64,000 nt of DNA from Octopus bimaculoides (GCF_001194135.2 NC_068983.1:121237446-121301445); one strand, 5' to 3'. Positions 25,674-38,940 are shown, numbered from the stretch's first letter. Numbers and translations are program-made. Notes: generated from the sequence alone by a model not told the origin.

Positions 25674-26669
25674 TGTACAGGTATATGAACAGACAGGTAG
25701 ATAGACATCATTAAAGCAAACATATGGTTGTAATGTTACAATGGAATATCCAACTAATATATATACTAGTATAAATAGATACTAGTATTCTTCTGTATGC
25801 TGAGGAAGTACTTTTTTATAATACTAATATTGATATTAATGAACTTATTGTATACACTGTTCAGGTACACTACAACTCACTGAAAAAGAGTAAAAGAGAT
25901 GACTGAAAGTGGCAATAAGTCAAGTGAAGAAAGACAGTAGTGATAGTCATAAGTGTTTCAGTAGTTCACAGTGCTAATCCAGAGATTTAAAATGCAATGT
26001 TTAATGCTCACTGTGTACTTTCTAAAGAATTTTACCCTGTTTCAAGACATAAGAATTGGAAGCAAAACCTTTTCAGAATGCCCTTAGCATTTGTAATATA
26101 CTGAGTATAGGGTAAGGTAGCTATTAAAAACACAGGTTAACACATGTTCTAGAAAAATCTAATTTTGAAGAGGTAAGGTGATATAAGTTTAGGGTGAACT
26201 ATTCAGGTTATAAGGACAATGTAGCTAATACAATAAAACGACAAAAAAAGCCATGCTTCAGAATAAAAATTATCATGTTTAGGGAGATTTAGTAATTAAT
26301 TGAATGACTTTTCTGTGGACTTGGCTTGATATTTTGATAACCAATTGACAGTGACCATCCGCCATAAGAAACACTATGTGTTATAAGAAACAGTTAGGAA
26401 ATATTTAATATCTGTTTCTAGTTAGTTTCCTCTATTTGTGCATGTGCTCTGAAGCCATGTACTTATGCAATAATTCTATTTTAACATCATATATAAGTTA
26501 CTTTGTACCAAGTGGATTGTTCTATCCTCTGACCTAGTTCTCCATAACAACTAAAAGAGCTGACAAACTCTTCTCTTTTATCACTTGACATTCATTTACA
26601 GATCTATGTATGGCTACCTAGGCAGAACTCTATAGTGATACTTTCTTTTTTTATCCCTTATTTATCTCT

Positions 26670-26887
26670 AATCTTTTCTACTCTAGGCACAAGGCCTGAA
26701 ATTTTGGGAGAGGGGTCCAGTCAATTAGATCGACCCTGGTACACAGCTGGTACTTAATTTATCAACCCCGAAAGGATGAAAGGCAAAGTCAACCTCGGTG
26801 GAATTTGAACTAAGAATGTAAAGACAGACGAAATATCGCTAAGTATTTTGCCTGATATGCTAACGTTTCTGCCAGCTCACCGCCTTA
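26670..26887 (-). mobile_element. tRNA-derived SINE, family B
   Basis: On its own strand: tRNA-like head plus core GACTTTGCCTTTCATCCTTTCGGGGTTGATAAATTAAGTACCAG (MetaSINE-like from memory, unverified). Confidence 0.85.
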
Positions 26888-27504
26888 CAAAAGAAATGTC
26901 ATATATTTAAATACTTTCAGTTTAATATTAACAACTGGAAATTAATTCATCTTGATATCACAGTGTGAAAATCTCAGGTCAATGACATGGTTCATTTGAT
27001 CATATAAAGAAGCTCAATAAGAACCAACATATTTTCTTGCATTAGCCATAAGTAGAATTGACCTGAACACTACACTACAATGAAACACTCAACAGCTTCA
27101 CCATGCTGAAACAGAATTTCACATCAATGGTGAAACAGAATTTACCATCACAACTGTGATCTGAATGCTGTACCAATATGATTTGATACATTGACCTTTC
27201 AAGTGATCGCCTAGTATCTACTTTACTCACTTAGTTCAGAAAATATGAAATAAATAGTAATAGTGTAGAAGTGTTTATCTAATTAAATACACCTCATTTC
27301 ATGAAGAAAGGTGAATCAGTTGATTGTGAATGAAAGGAGGCTCTCACTCTAAGTGATTAGTTCATTAGACCTAATTAGATAGACATTTAAGCTACTCAAT
27401 TATAGGCAGTGATAATATCAAAATTAATCATAATTAATCAAATTTTTGCCATAAGTGTTTTGTGACAGAAATCTTATGTATGATGTAACCCAGAAGTTTA
27501 TCAA

Positions 27505-27890
27505 TTGTTACTATGTGGAGAACATGAGGCAACTACCATATGGTGTGGAGAGCCATAGATAGAACTACCATATAACTTATTGACTATAATACAACTGCCA
27601 TATAGTGTGGTGATTATCACTGAACTATCATATTGTTTGATGACTAAGATAAAAATACCATAGTGCATCATGGTCATGATCATAGTGCGGAGATTATGAC
27701 AGAATTACCATGGATCAATGAGGACTATGATAGAATTGTCATAGTGTGAAGGCTATAATAAAACTACTCTATTGTGTGAAGACCATAATAGATCTAACAT
27801 ATATGTATAGTGTAGTGACTATTATAGAACTATCACAGAGTATATAGTGACCCTGATAGAACGACCATAGCATGGTTAGCATATTATAAG
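27505..27890. repeat. Degenerate ~30-bp minisatellite
   Basis: About a dozen units resembling catatagtgtggagactatgatagaactac. Confidence 0.7.
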
Positions 27891-30800
27891 GGATATTTCA
27901 CATACAGGAGGACCCAGTAGTTAGTATATTTTATAATGTCAAACACTATGTAGACAGAGAATCAAAGAAATTTATATTTATTAGAAGTATATAGTTGTGG
28001 ACTTCCTCAGTGAAAAGGAGAATTATAACAGACAGGGACGTTGTGTTTGATGGTTGAGAAGCTATCAAGATTATTTAGTTGTCAAGGGAAACAGTGAGAT
28101 GAGTAGGTTTCTGAAGTATAAAAGTGATGTTAATTAAAGAATGTAATGTAATATATGTAGTGAAATAAGAAAAGTAGAGTAGCTGTTAAGATGGAAGCAA
28201 AGATGACAATAAAGATGTATAAGAGATGGTTGGTATACTTCTGACAGACATGGGATTGAATAGGATTCACTCACCTAAATGATGAACCAGGACTTGTTTA
28301 AATAAACTGTTAATGAAATTCCTAACACCTTTCCAGAGATGCTTTTTAAACAATTAATAAATGTTCAAATGTTCTAATTTTTTCTCCTCTTTAGCGTGAC
28401 TACCTTTGTGACTACCATTTGTATCTTCTCACTTCTCACCTCTCACTAATGTCTGTCTGATAACTGAAAGTAATTTCTTTGTTGTACTTGTTGACACACA
28501 GACAGATTGTGTAATTCATTTAGTTTATTATTCACATTAATGCAAAAAGATAATCAGTAATTTCATTTTGTAGTTATTTTATTTTCCTAAAAAAATTATC
28601 TCAATATGTCATTCCAATCGACTTTCCTATTATTAAGATATTGCATAAAGTCTGTCACAAGTGTTATACTTAAGTGTATTGTATGTGTTCATAGTATGTG
28701 TTATATTTGTATAGTGTATATTATGATTATGTATAATATATTTATATTTGTATGTATGTGGTTATGATGTTTAGTATAAGTTATAAGTATATCTAGCATG
28801 TATCTTATAATTATGTGTAGTGGGTGTTATTTTTACGTACAACACCAATTAGAGAGAATATCAAACTTGGTATTTACCAGGAGGATTGTTGCCATTAAAA
28901 ATAACACAATATTTGTATTCTAAGTGGTAGGTATAGTTGTTTATGTAAGTAACAGCTAATTGTCCAATACACATGCAGACATATATATGTGTGTGAGTGT
29001 GTACCAATAGAAATAGTCTTCTGCATTTAGTTATTTTTGTGATACTTAATGATACTGTAATATTTTTATGTATATTTCCAGGGGCCTTACTTATGTGCAG
29101 CATGTATTATGCACGCATTGCCCCTCATGCTATAGAAGTATTATGGTCATGAAAATGTTGCTATAGCATGGAATTCTGTAATAGGAAACCTGCTTTCCCA
29201 GTGAGTCCTATCTACATTGACTTCCTTGTAACATAGAAATCAATTGTGAAATTGGCTTCACAATCGTGGAATTCCATGTTAAGGCAAGATTTTCAGGATT
29301 ACAATGCTTCTGCAATTCAAGGGATACCAATAATTATATATAGTATTTGTTATTGTTATATACATTGTGTATTGTTTATGTGTGTATTATGTGTTGCAAT
29401 CATGTCCATTGTACAAATGTGTTGTATATGTTATGGGTATGTATAGCAATTGTTAAAACATTAACATGCCTGTAATGTATGTTGTAATGTATATCTAATT
29501 GTTGATACCTATGTAATGTATTTTTAATTGGTAATACCAGTGCACTATATAGTAAATTATTACCATCCTTGTAATGTAAGTTGAATTATTAATACCAATG
29601 ACAGCATCAGCTTTCTTAGTTTCTATTTCCAATCATAATTCTGTTTATATGGTTAAGACATAAACTTGATTCAGACACACACTGCTGTTGCAATGACCAA
29701 CAAAAACAGCTGCAGTGTTATTTATGAGAGAAAAAAAACTACAAGCTCTGTTAACTGACTGATTTAATGTAACTGAGATACATGTCTATAACTTCCTGTC
29801 ACAGCAATGGTGTCAATCTTGCTGCTAACTGCATCCCTTGTGTTGGCTATTCACCTCCATTGTTCATAGAAGCAGTCAAAGAGTCAACTGTCTGAATTGT
29901 CTTCTTTTCCATTTCCTTGTTTCTTTCCTTCTTTGAATAAATCAAACCACTTTTTCTTCAAAATTCTCTAGCATAAGCTGAAAGCTTCACTCATTTGATT
30001 GAAAGGTGTTTTATAATGTTCTACATTTTAGCTTCCTTTGATGTTTTCATAGATTATATTTTAGTGAACTTACGAGTGGTTGGTTACAATAGCATCAGTC
30101 AATGTGTGTGCAAAGAAATAATTGCACTGACATGGACATTAGCTGTGAATGGATGTTGATTTAGAACAAAAGTGCAATGGTATGTTGACAGAGGAATATA
30201 CAGTGAATTCCAAGTAGAAGAAGACATAGGAGAAAGTGGTGAGTTCAGATCACAGAATGACATGGCTTACATACAAGATGATAAAAGAATAAAACTTGTG
30301 ATTTGTTGTACAGCAGAGCCATCCTACCCATACCTGCTTAGAAACATTGACATTAAAACAGTAAGGATGAAATAAACAGTAGTAATCTCTTAGTTCTCTA
30401 CCAATTGTGATCATGAATTGTTTTCAGTGAAAGCAATTGAAACAGTATTAAGTTAAAATCGCCATCTGTGGATCATAATAAATGTATATACACCGTAGAA
30501 AGGTATATTACTGTGGTTTTTTGTTTAAGATAGAACCTCTTCATAGACATGTCGTGTTAAAAACTCAATGTCTAGTGAAGCAAAATGAACATTGTCACAG
30601 CAGGGACTCATAGAAACATTAGATACATTTCACTCTTCATGAGGCTTGTACCCATTTGTTACTTCTTTGAATGAAATTTGTGCTTTGATATATAAGAAAC
30701 AGTGAATAACATATTCATTTATGTTGCAGAATGCTTACTGGGCACTAAAAATATTCGGCCAATGCAATTGAAATAGAATTAAGATTAAACAGGCATTTGT

Positions 30801-31086
30801 GTATCATACTAAATGTATATGCCCTGTAGAAAGGCATTCTGCTGTGGATTTTGTCTGAGTGAAAATTTCTTCATAGATATTTTACGTTAAAAATGTAATG
30901 CATTATATATATCAAAGCAAAATGAACACAGTCATTATATGAAATGGCAGCTGCTATTAACAATATCAGAAACATCTCATCTGATTACAAGGCTTGTTTG
31001 TTGTTATTCCATGTTGCTTCTGATCTCTTCCACCACCAATTCTATTTAGTATTGTCTTCAGTATACATGTCTTCCTTCTTTTTCTT

Positions 31087-31128
<42 letters not shown>

Positions 31129-31404
31129 CTGATATATCTATGAATTGGAAGCAATAGTTCATCTTCAGTCAATGTTTTATTGATATTTTCAGTTGATCTA
31201 CCTATACCCCATTTATTTCAGACTATACCATCCACTGGCTGATATTCTAAGACTGCAATTTTATTTGTAATATTTTCCATTGTTCTTCTGCATTTTTCAC
31301 TAATAGCTAGTTTCAGTTCATTAAAATTCTTACTTTCATGTAACAAAACAAGCTTTTTTTCATTCTTGTATTTTTATTATTATTATAAATAATAATAATA
31401 ATAA

Positions 31405-31985
31405 TAATCCTTTCTACTTAAGGCACAAGACTTGAAATTTTAGGAGAGGAGGACTAGTGGATTAGAACAATCCCCAGTATTTCACTGGTACTTAGTTTAT
31501 CGACCCCAAAAGGATAAAAGGCAAAGTCAACCTTAGAGGAATTTGAACTCAGAAAATAAAGACAGATGAAATGCCGCTAAGCATTTTGCCTGGTGTGCTA
31601 ACAATTGTGCCAGCTCACAACCTTAATAATAATAATAATAATAATAATCCTACTTACTATAGGCACAAGGCCTAAAAATTTGGTGGGAGGGGCCTGATTA
31701 CATCGACCTCAAATTCTCAAATGGTACTTATTTCATCGACACCAAACTCAAAAATGATGAAATAATAACAAGGAAAGCTGGCAAAGACAATAACACAACA
31801 GGCTTAGCAGCATCTTGTCCATCTTTACGTTCTGAATCCAAGTTCCACTGAGGTCAACTTTGCCTTTCATCCTTTCGGGGGTCAAAGAAATACATACCAG
31901 TTGAGAACTGGGGTCGATGTAATTGACTAGCACTCCAAAACCATAAAAAAAATTTCAAGCCTTGTGTCTATAGTAGAAAGACTTA

Positions 31986-32027
<42 letters not shown>

Positions 32028-32267
32028 GGAGAGCCAACAGAATCATTAATGGACAAAATGTTTATGATATTTCTTCCAACTCATTAAGCTCCAAGTTCAA
32101 ATTTCGCCAAAATTAGCTTTGCCCTTCAGCCTTTGAGGCTCAATGAAATATATAGTAATCAAGTACTAGGACCAAAGGTATTGGTTAACCCCCTTCCCTC
32201 AAAATAGCTGGCTTTGTGCCAAAATTAGAATTATTATCATCGTTATTATTATCATTATTATTATTAC

Positions 32268-32302
<35 letters not shown>

Positions 32303-32490
32303 TTATTATTATGCTTTGCAGAATTTTGTCCATTTTTATGTTCTGAGCTCAAATTCCACTGAGGTCAACTTCACCTTTCACCCTATCAAGGTCAATGAAA
32401 TAAGTACCAGTTGAGCACCGGGGTCAATATTATCAACTAGCCCCTCCTCCAAAATTGCGGACCTTGTGCCTATAGTAGAAAGGATTATTA
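31405..32490. mobile_element. Cluster of five family B SINEs separated by (TAA)n/(TTA)n
   Basis: Minus copies at 31405-31625 and 31645-31745. Plus copies at ~31770-31985, ~32025-32230 and ~32310-32490. Confidence 0.85.
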
Positions 32491-34040
32491 TTATTATGTT
32501 TGACTTTTGTTTTGCATTTGCACAAGTTGGATCCAAGTCTCACCCAGAGACCTCAAGAGACAACAAGTTAGAAGTTCATGTAGGTGTTATGCCTAGGGTA
32601 CCATATATTTGGATTTGTACAGTTTTGTTCAAGTGAACGTTTAAGAAACCATAAGAAAATTATGTGTTTGCTTTAAAATTTGAGATCACATAGACAGTAT
32701 TTTACGTAGGATATGGGCAGTTCCCATGAGAACTATCTTTTGAACTTCAGCCATTTTGGGGTTTCCTGGTATCTGAGCTAGGTAGTAATCAGCCCGTTTC
32801 GCTGTCATTCCCAGGGCACCTATGACAATAGGTATTGTTTTCGTCTTCNNNNNNNNNNNNNNNNNNNNNNNNNNNNNNNNNNNNNNNNNNNNNNNNNNNN
32901 NNNNNNNNNNNNNNNNNNNNNNNNNNNNNNNNNNNNNNNNNNNNNNNNNNNNNNNNNNNNNNNNNNNNNNNNNNNNNNNNNNNNNNNNNNNNNNNNNNNN
33001 NNNNNNNNNNNNNNNNNNNNNNNNNNNNNNNNNNNNNNNNNNNNNNNNNNNNNNNNNNNNNNNNNNNNNNNNNNNNNNNNNNNNNNNNNNNNNNNNNNNN
33101 NNNNNNNNNNNNNNNNNNNNNNNNNNNNNNNNNNNNNNNNNNNNNNNNNNNNNNNNNNNNNNNNNNNNNNNNNNNNNNNNNNNNNNNNNNNNNNNNNNNN
33201 NNNNNNNNNNNNNNNNNNNNNNNNNNNNNNNNNNNNNNNNNNNNNNNNNNNNNNNNNNNNNNNNNNNNNNNNNNNNNNNNNNNNNNNNNNNNNNNNNNNN
33301 NNNNNNNNNNNNNNNNNNNNNNNNNNNNNNNNNNNNNNNNNNNNNNNNNNNNNNNNNNNNNNNNNNNNNNNNNNNNNNNNNNNNNNNNNNNNNNNNNNNN
33401 NNNNNNNNNNNNNNNNNNNNNNNNNNNNNNNNNNNNNNNNNNNNNNNNNNNNNNNNNNNNNNNNNNNNNNNNNNNNNNNNNNNNNNNNNNNNNNNNNNNN
33501 NNNNNNNNNNNNNNNNNNNNNNNNNNNNNNNNNNNNNNNNNNNNNNNNNNNNNNNNNNNNNNNNNNNNNNNNNNNNNNNNNNNNNNNNNNNNNNNNNNNN
33601 NNNNNNNNNNNNNNNNNNNNNNNNNNNNNNNNNNNNNNNNNNNNNNNNNNNNNNNNNNNNNNNNNNNNNNNNNAAGATGCTTTCTTGCTTTCATGTTTTA
33701 AGACAAGTTTTAGCATCCAGTCCTCAGAGTTTTTCAGATAGGTGTCTAGGCCAATTGTGGCTACCTTCATTGATAATGCCAGCTGTAGAAGTCCTCGGCC
33801 TCCCTCTTTTCTTGGTAGATAAAGACGTTCTATATCTGCCTTAGGGTGGTGCATTCTATGCATTGTCAACAGTTTTCGTATTTTTCTGTCAACATTACAT
33901 ATTTCAGTAATTGACCAGTTAACGATATTGAAACTGTAAGTCACGACTGGTATGGCTAGAGCATTGATCGCTTCGATCCTGTTTCTCACGTTCAGCTCTG
34001 TCTTCAGTATTGCTCTCACCCTGCGATAACATTCCCCTTT
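32490..34040 (-). mobile_element. 5'-truncated R4/Dong-clade (RLE) non-LTR retrotransposon, gap inside
   Basis: 34040-33674: YRRVRAILKTELNVRNRIEAINALAIPVVTYSF...HHPKADIERLYLPRKEGGRGLL (RT thumb). 32848-32686: KTKTIPIVIGALG...VLMGTAHILRKILSM* (RLE C-terminus). The 3' UTR ends in (TAA)n. Confidence 0.9.
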
Positions 34041-34325
34041 TCATCCATTACCTTTTCCAGTCTATGTTGGTACCAAGCACCCGTTACCTCGTATCCATAC
34101 TTCCTGTATAGTAGCCAGTGAAGGTTTTGGGCTACTTTGTCGTGTCTATGCTTGTACTCTTTCTGCACAAGACTTTCACAGGCACTAACAATGTGAGTCA
34201 TGCTTTTGAACCTCTTTCCACACATTCTGCAGAGGTTCTTTGCACTTGTGTGGTATATATCCCTTTTCACTGAGTTGGTATTCAATGCCTGATCCTAGGC
34301 AGCAGTTATTAGGCTTCCTCGTCTT
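34035..34325 (-). mobile_element. Extra CCHC zinc-knuckle fragment of the same LINE type, out of order
   Basis: AA*DQALNTN...CRMCGKRFKSMTHIVSACESLVQKEYKHRHDKVAQNLHWLL...WYQHRLEKV. Confidence 0.85.
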
Positions 34326-35040
34326 TTAAGCTGTTAATTTCACGGTGGAACTATGATGCTCCCCCACTACTCCTGCTTTTGATCAGAGATGCACATATTG
34401 TCAGCCACTAAGGGACATGCTCAAGTGGTTAAGGTTAAACAACTGACAAGTAAATCTGTGATATTGTGCAGAATATTTGCTATAATGCTATTTCTGCTTC
34501 AGCATTGAATTTGCCTGAAGTGTAATGAAAAATAGGTCAGTTTCAAAACATTGATGTCCATATCACAAAAGCAAAGTTTCAAGGGAATAGTTATCATTTC
34601 CTTTAATTTCTAGGTAAAAGCAAGTAGGAAATAATACTTACTAACCAAAGGCAAAAAAAAACAAGAAGAACAACTTCCTCACAATATAAAGTCCCATACA
34701 CTTCTTTGCAGATCTTGGCATTTCCTATTCTTCCCTCACTGCTGATAGCTTTGATTGTCCACCTTCAATCCTTGATGTTCTCTTAAATACTTTATGCTAT
34801 TTAGTTATATCACATCATAAACCCAAATCTTGCCACAGTAAAGCTTTACCCTTTTTTTTTTTAGCCTATCCATGTGAAGCTGATAAAATAAATATCAATG
34901 ATACACAGGTTTGAATCAATAAATCACAGCTCTCCAACAAATTCTAAGTTTAAATTCCTATTGTTGCTCAGCTACTCTTTTGCTTTTATACACATAATTG
35001 TTTTCATTCTCAATTCTTTTATTCATTTTTCTTTTAACAG

Positions 35041-35193
35041 AAAAGCAAAAAAGATGTCAGCAATTTCGACCGCGAATTCACCAGTGAAGCTCCAAAGTTG
35101 ACACCAACAGACAAACTGTTCATTATGAATTTAGACCAGACCGAGTTTGCTGGATTCTCCTACATCAATCCTGAATTTGTTATCTCTGTTTGA
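35041..35193 (+). CDS. PRKCB-like: Conventional PKC, alternative C-terminal (V5) exon B (distal, betaI/Apl I-like), 50 aa + stop
   Basis: Long T-rich tract ending ttttaacag| at 35040. Phase-0 frame KSKKDVSNFDREFTSEAPKLTPTDKLFIMNLDQTEFAGFSYINPEFVISV*. It matches 37/50 residues of the human PKC-betaI tail as I recall it (confirm by alignment). Confidence 0.96.
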   Translation, partial: KSKKDVSNFDREFTSEAPKLTPTDKLFIMNLDQTEFAGFSYINPEFVISV

Positions 35194-35354
35194 AGATATT
35201 AGCTGTTGTACCCCCAGACCATGGCCAATGAGGTGCCAATCTTTGTTTGGATCAGCTTGTGTTGCTAAAACTGGTACCAAGGCTGCATAGGTTGAAATTC
35301 TTCTCTCCACTCTCATTTTTGGCTAAAGTTGGTCAACCAGATTGTCTTTTTAAC

Positions 35355-35792
35355 TATGTTTCTGTGTGTATGTGTGTGTGTGGTGTATATATGTATATGC
35401 ATACATGTATATGTATATAAATACACACATACACAAAACATATAGGCACAACCACTCACACACATATAATAAATGTATGCGCATATGTATATATAGATGT
35501 GTGTGTATATATATACATAGAAATATATATACGTGTGCATATGTGTTTTTGTGTATGTATACATTAAATATATATGTATATACATATACATACATACATA
35601 GAGATAGATATAGATATATCGTCTGTTTCTAATTTATATACCTATATTTATATATAAACATGCATATGCACACATTTAATTACTGCTGATATCATCACAG
35701 TTTTCCAAACATTTCTCAAAGAGGGGTATAAATACATAGATATTATATATAGACACACAAACATGTATGTATGTGAATCTGTGTACATATAT

Positions 35793-35889
<97 letters not shown>

Positions 35890-36219
35890 CACAGATACAT
35901 GTACACACACACATACATACATACATAACCCACTCTTTCGCTAAACTACCTTCTCAATGACTATTCTCTTCACACCCTTCTAATCTCTCCACTAACACTT
36001 TACAACTGTGTTGTGTTTGAACACACCCAGTGGTAGAATCACATTATTTTCTTAATTGCCTCAGGCAGTCTGCGGTGCTTTTGGGATGTCCCCTCAATGA
36101 CTAAGATCTCCCTGCAACAGGTTCATTTCTTACATACAGCACTATATACATAATTCATAGATTGTCTCTTTTTTTTTTTTATCACTCTCTTTCTCACACA
36201 CCATATATGAAACACAGTA

Positions 36220-36297
<78 letters not shown>

Positions 36298-36598
36298 ATA
36301 CTATACAGAACTCATACACACACTTATACTTACAGCTGCACCATTTGTGTATATATTTTTAATTTTGAAAGATAGATCTTGTGGAATATTGCACTTTTTA
36401 TTACCCAAGCACTTCATGCACACACACACACACACACACATACATATTATGAAATACAACTCTATTACAATACACATGAGCTTAAACACTCTTTATAACA
36501 AATGCAGCCTATATATATTTATATACATATTCATAAACATATATCTGCATATATATATATATATATATACATACATACACATGCATATAATATATACT

Positions 36599-36660
<62 letters not shown>
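35355..36660. repeat. Compound (TA)/(CA)/(TG) microsatellite field downstream of exon B
   Basis: Direct reading. Source of several spurious ORFs. Confidence 0.85.
35468..35473 (+). promoter_or_regulatory. Candidate poly(A) signal for distal exon B
   Basis: First AATAAA I saw after the exon B stop, followed by GT-rich sequence. Alternatives lie at 37085-37090 and 37123-37128. Confidence 0.3.
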
Positions 36661-36661
<1 letters not shown>

Positions 36662-38387
36662 CTGAGGGCAGTAGACTCCTCTAATCTATCATCACTCAGA
36701 ACTTTTATGTTTTTAGTTTAACAAAACTTCACCTTAATAATCCCATAGATATAGAAATATATGATTTTCAAATTTTGCGTTGCTGTCTTCCTTCTATTAT
36801 CAATATTTCTATCTTCTTCAATCTCTTAAGGAAACAGTGCCATTCCAATTTTAATCTTTGTTTTAGTAGAACACTCCATTTCTTCAAATATTTTCCAGTC
36901 TGTCAATGTTTCTGTATCATGCCGGTGAAAAGTGCTTCAACTTCTTAATATAGCCAGCAAATTTTCTGCAGATAGTTACCATTAAAATGGAAACTATGTA
37001 CAATAGAGCAGAACTCCAGTATAAGTGTGTAGTGGTATGCACTATGATGTGTGGCTTGTTAGAGATCACACGTTAAATACAGAAAATAAAATTAATAACA
37101 CAAATAACATGAATAACTATAAAATAAAGTAATACAATATAGTGTTAAGTATTCACATCCAGTCTCAGTGACTTTTCTGGTTGTTTTCTTGTTCAGGTGT
37201 ACAAAACTGAAGTAAAGAAATCTGATACAGTATTTAGTTATCAACTTAGAATATACATTTCAAGTAAAACAAAAATGAAGGAATTCTGCAGGATACATTG
37301 AAATAATATATTGATAACTATAACTAATAGTGTTTTCATTGAAATTACATGAAATTAAAATTTCAATTTTCTTAATTTCCCAAAAACAAAATATTTAACT
37401 ACATGATTAAATAATGGCAGTAGTTTTGTGGCATCTCATGTCTTTTGACATGTTTGCATCAGAGAGTTTCACCTGCTGTTACAAGAGTCTAAGAGTCACA
37501 CAACTAATGTCTTTCCTCTGCATATATGAGATTCCACTTTCACAACCTCAACAAATTCCTATATAGCACTGCTGCTATGAGCAAAGGCCGTGCTTTCTTT
37601 GCAGTGGAGCTGAAATACTGAAACACTCTTTGTTTCAATCAGTCTCATCCTTGATTCAGTTATCAACATTTTACCCAATTTTTTTCCTAGAGTAAATCGT
37701 TTTAAATTATGTACATACAAATTCAAGTCTAGAACATATTGATTCAAATGTATCAATAAATTTTCTTCATATAACCATCCTAACTGCAAAACTAATAGTT
37801 AGAGTAAAGAAAGCGTTCCAGCTTATGATGTATATGTATATATATATAATGTAGACACAGAAATCCGATGCAGTCTTCTGCCTGGCCAGCTCCTGTCAAA
37901 CCATCCAACCCATGCCAGCATGGAAAGCAGACATTAAATGATACATGATGATGATGATGATATATATACATATATATATATGTGTGTGTGTGTGTATGTA
38001 CATATATATAAATATATATGTATGTATGTATATATACACACACACACACACACATTTACACATACATAACATACATACATACATATATATATGTATAATA
38101 TATATATATGTTTATGCTCCATCATTCAAACACACACATAAATGAACATATTTATGTATAAATACACACACACATCCACATATCAACCAAGTGATTCCCC
38201 CATTATGTTTGGCTTCCATGCAGGTTTTACTAATTTTCAAAACTCCATGCATACATTTCCTTGCTGTGGTTGAGGTCATTTCATTGAGGTTTATGTTCCC
38301 CTTTCCCCTCTTCTCTCCCCCCCTCTCTCTCTGCCTTTACATTTTGTGTACATTAAAAAAACATTTTTATTGGCAAGAATATTGTGC

Positions 38388-38424
<37 letters not shown>

Positions 38425-38877
38425 GTTATTATCGTTGTTGTTGTTGCTGTTATTGTTGTTGTTATTATTATTATTATTGTTATTATTATTATTANNNNNN
38501 NNNNNNNNNNNNNNNNNNNNNNNNNNNNNNNNNNNNNNNNNNNNNNNNNNNNNNNNNNNNNNNNNNNNNNNNNNNNNNNNNNNNNNNNNNNNNNTAATAA
38601 TAATAATAATAATAATAATAATGATGATGATGATGATAATGTTTTCAAATTTTGGCACAAAGCCAGCAGTTTTTGAGGGAAGGGGGAAGTTGATTACATC
38701 GACTCCAGTGTTTAACTGGTACTTATTTCTTCAACCCTGAAAGGATGGAAGGCAAAGTCAACCTTAGTGAAATTTGAACTCAAAATGTTAAGACAGAATA
38801 AATGCCACAAAGAATTTTGTCCAGTGTAATAACAATTCTGCCAACTCACTGCCTTGATGATAATGATGATGATGATG

Positions 38878-38920
<43 letters not shown>

Positions 38921-38940
38921 TAAATAATAATAATAATACT
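38388..38940 (-). mobile_element. Family B-related SINE (~38640-38856) embedded in (TTA)/(TAA)/(TGA) trinucleotide repeats
   Basis: Core actggtacttatttcttcaaccctgaaaggatggaaggcaaagtcaacc, with trinucleotide repeats on both sides. Confidence 0.8.

Noticed and set aside
27505-27890. Repeat array as a CRISPR-like locus
   Set aside because: Eukaryotic context, degenerate adjacent units, no constant repeat with unique spacers, and no cas genes.
30172-30375. 67-aa ORF MQWYVDRG...
   Set aside because: No recognisable motif, no convincing splice sites, and it lies inside the PKC intron.
35131-35316. Minus-strand ORF with DWHLIGHGLG, reminiscent of a lipase GHSLG motif
   Set aside because: It lacks the catalytic Ser and overlaps the highly conserved PKC exon B and its UTR in antisense, so it is a shadow ORF.
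35313-36684. Many YI/HT/CV-rich ORFs here and at ~12773-13179, 37792-38145, 42138-43052 and 52008-53021
   Set aside because: Translations of (TA)/(CA)/(TG) microsatellites, which lack stops in some frames.
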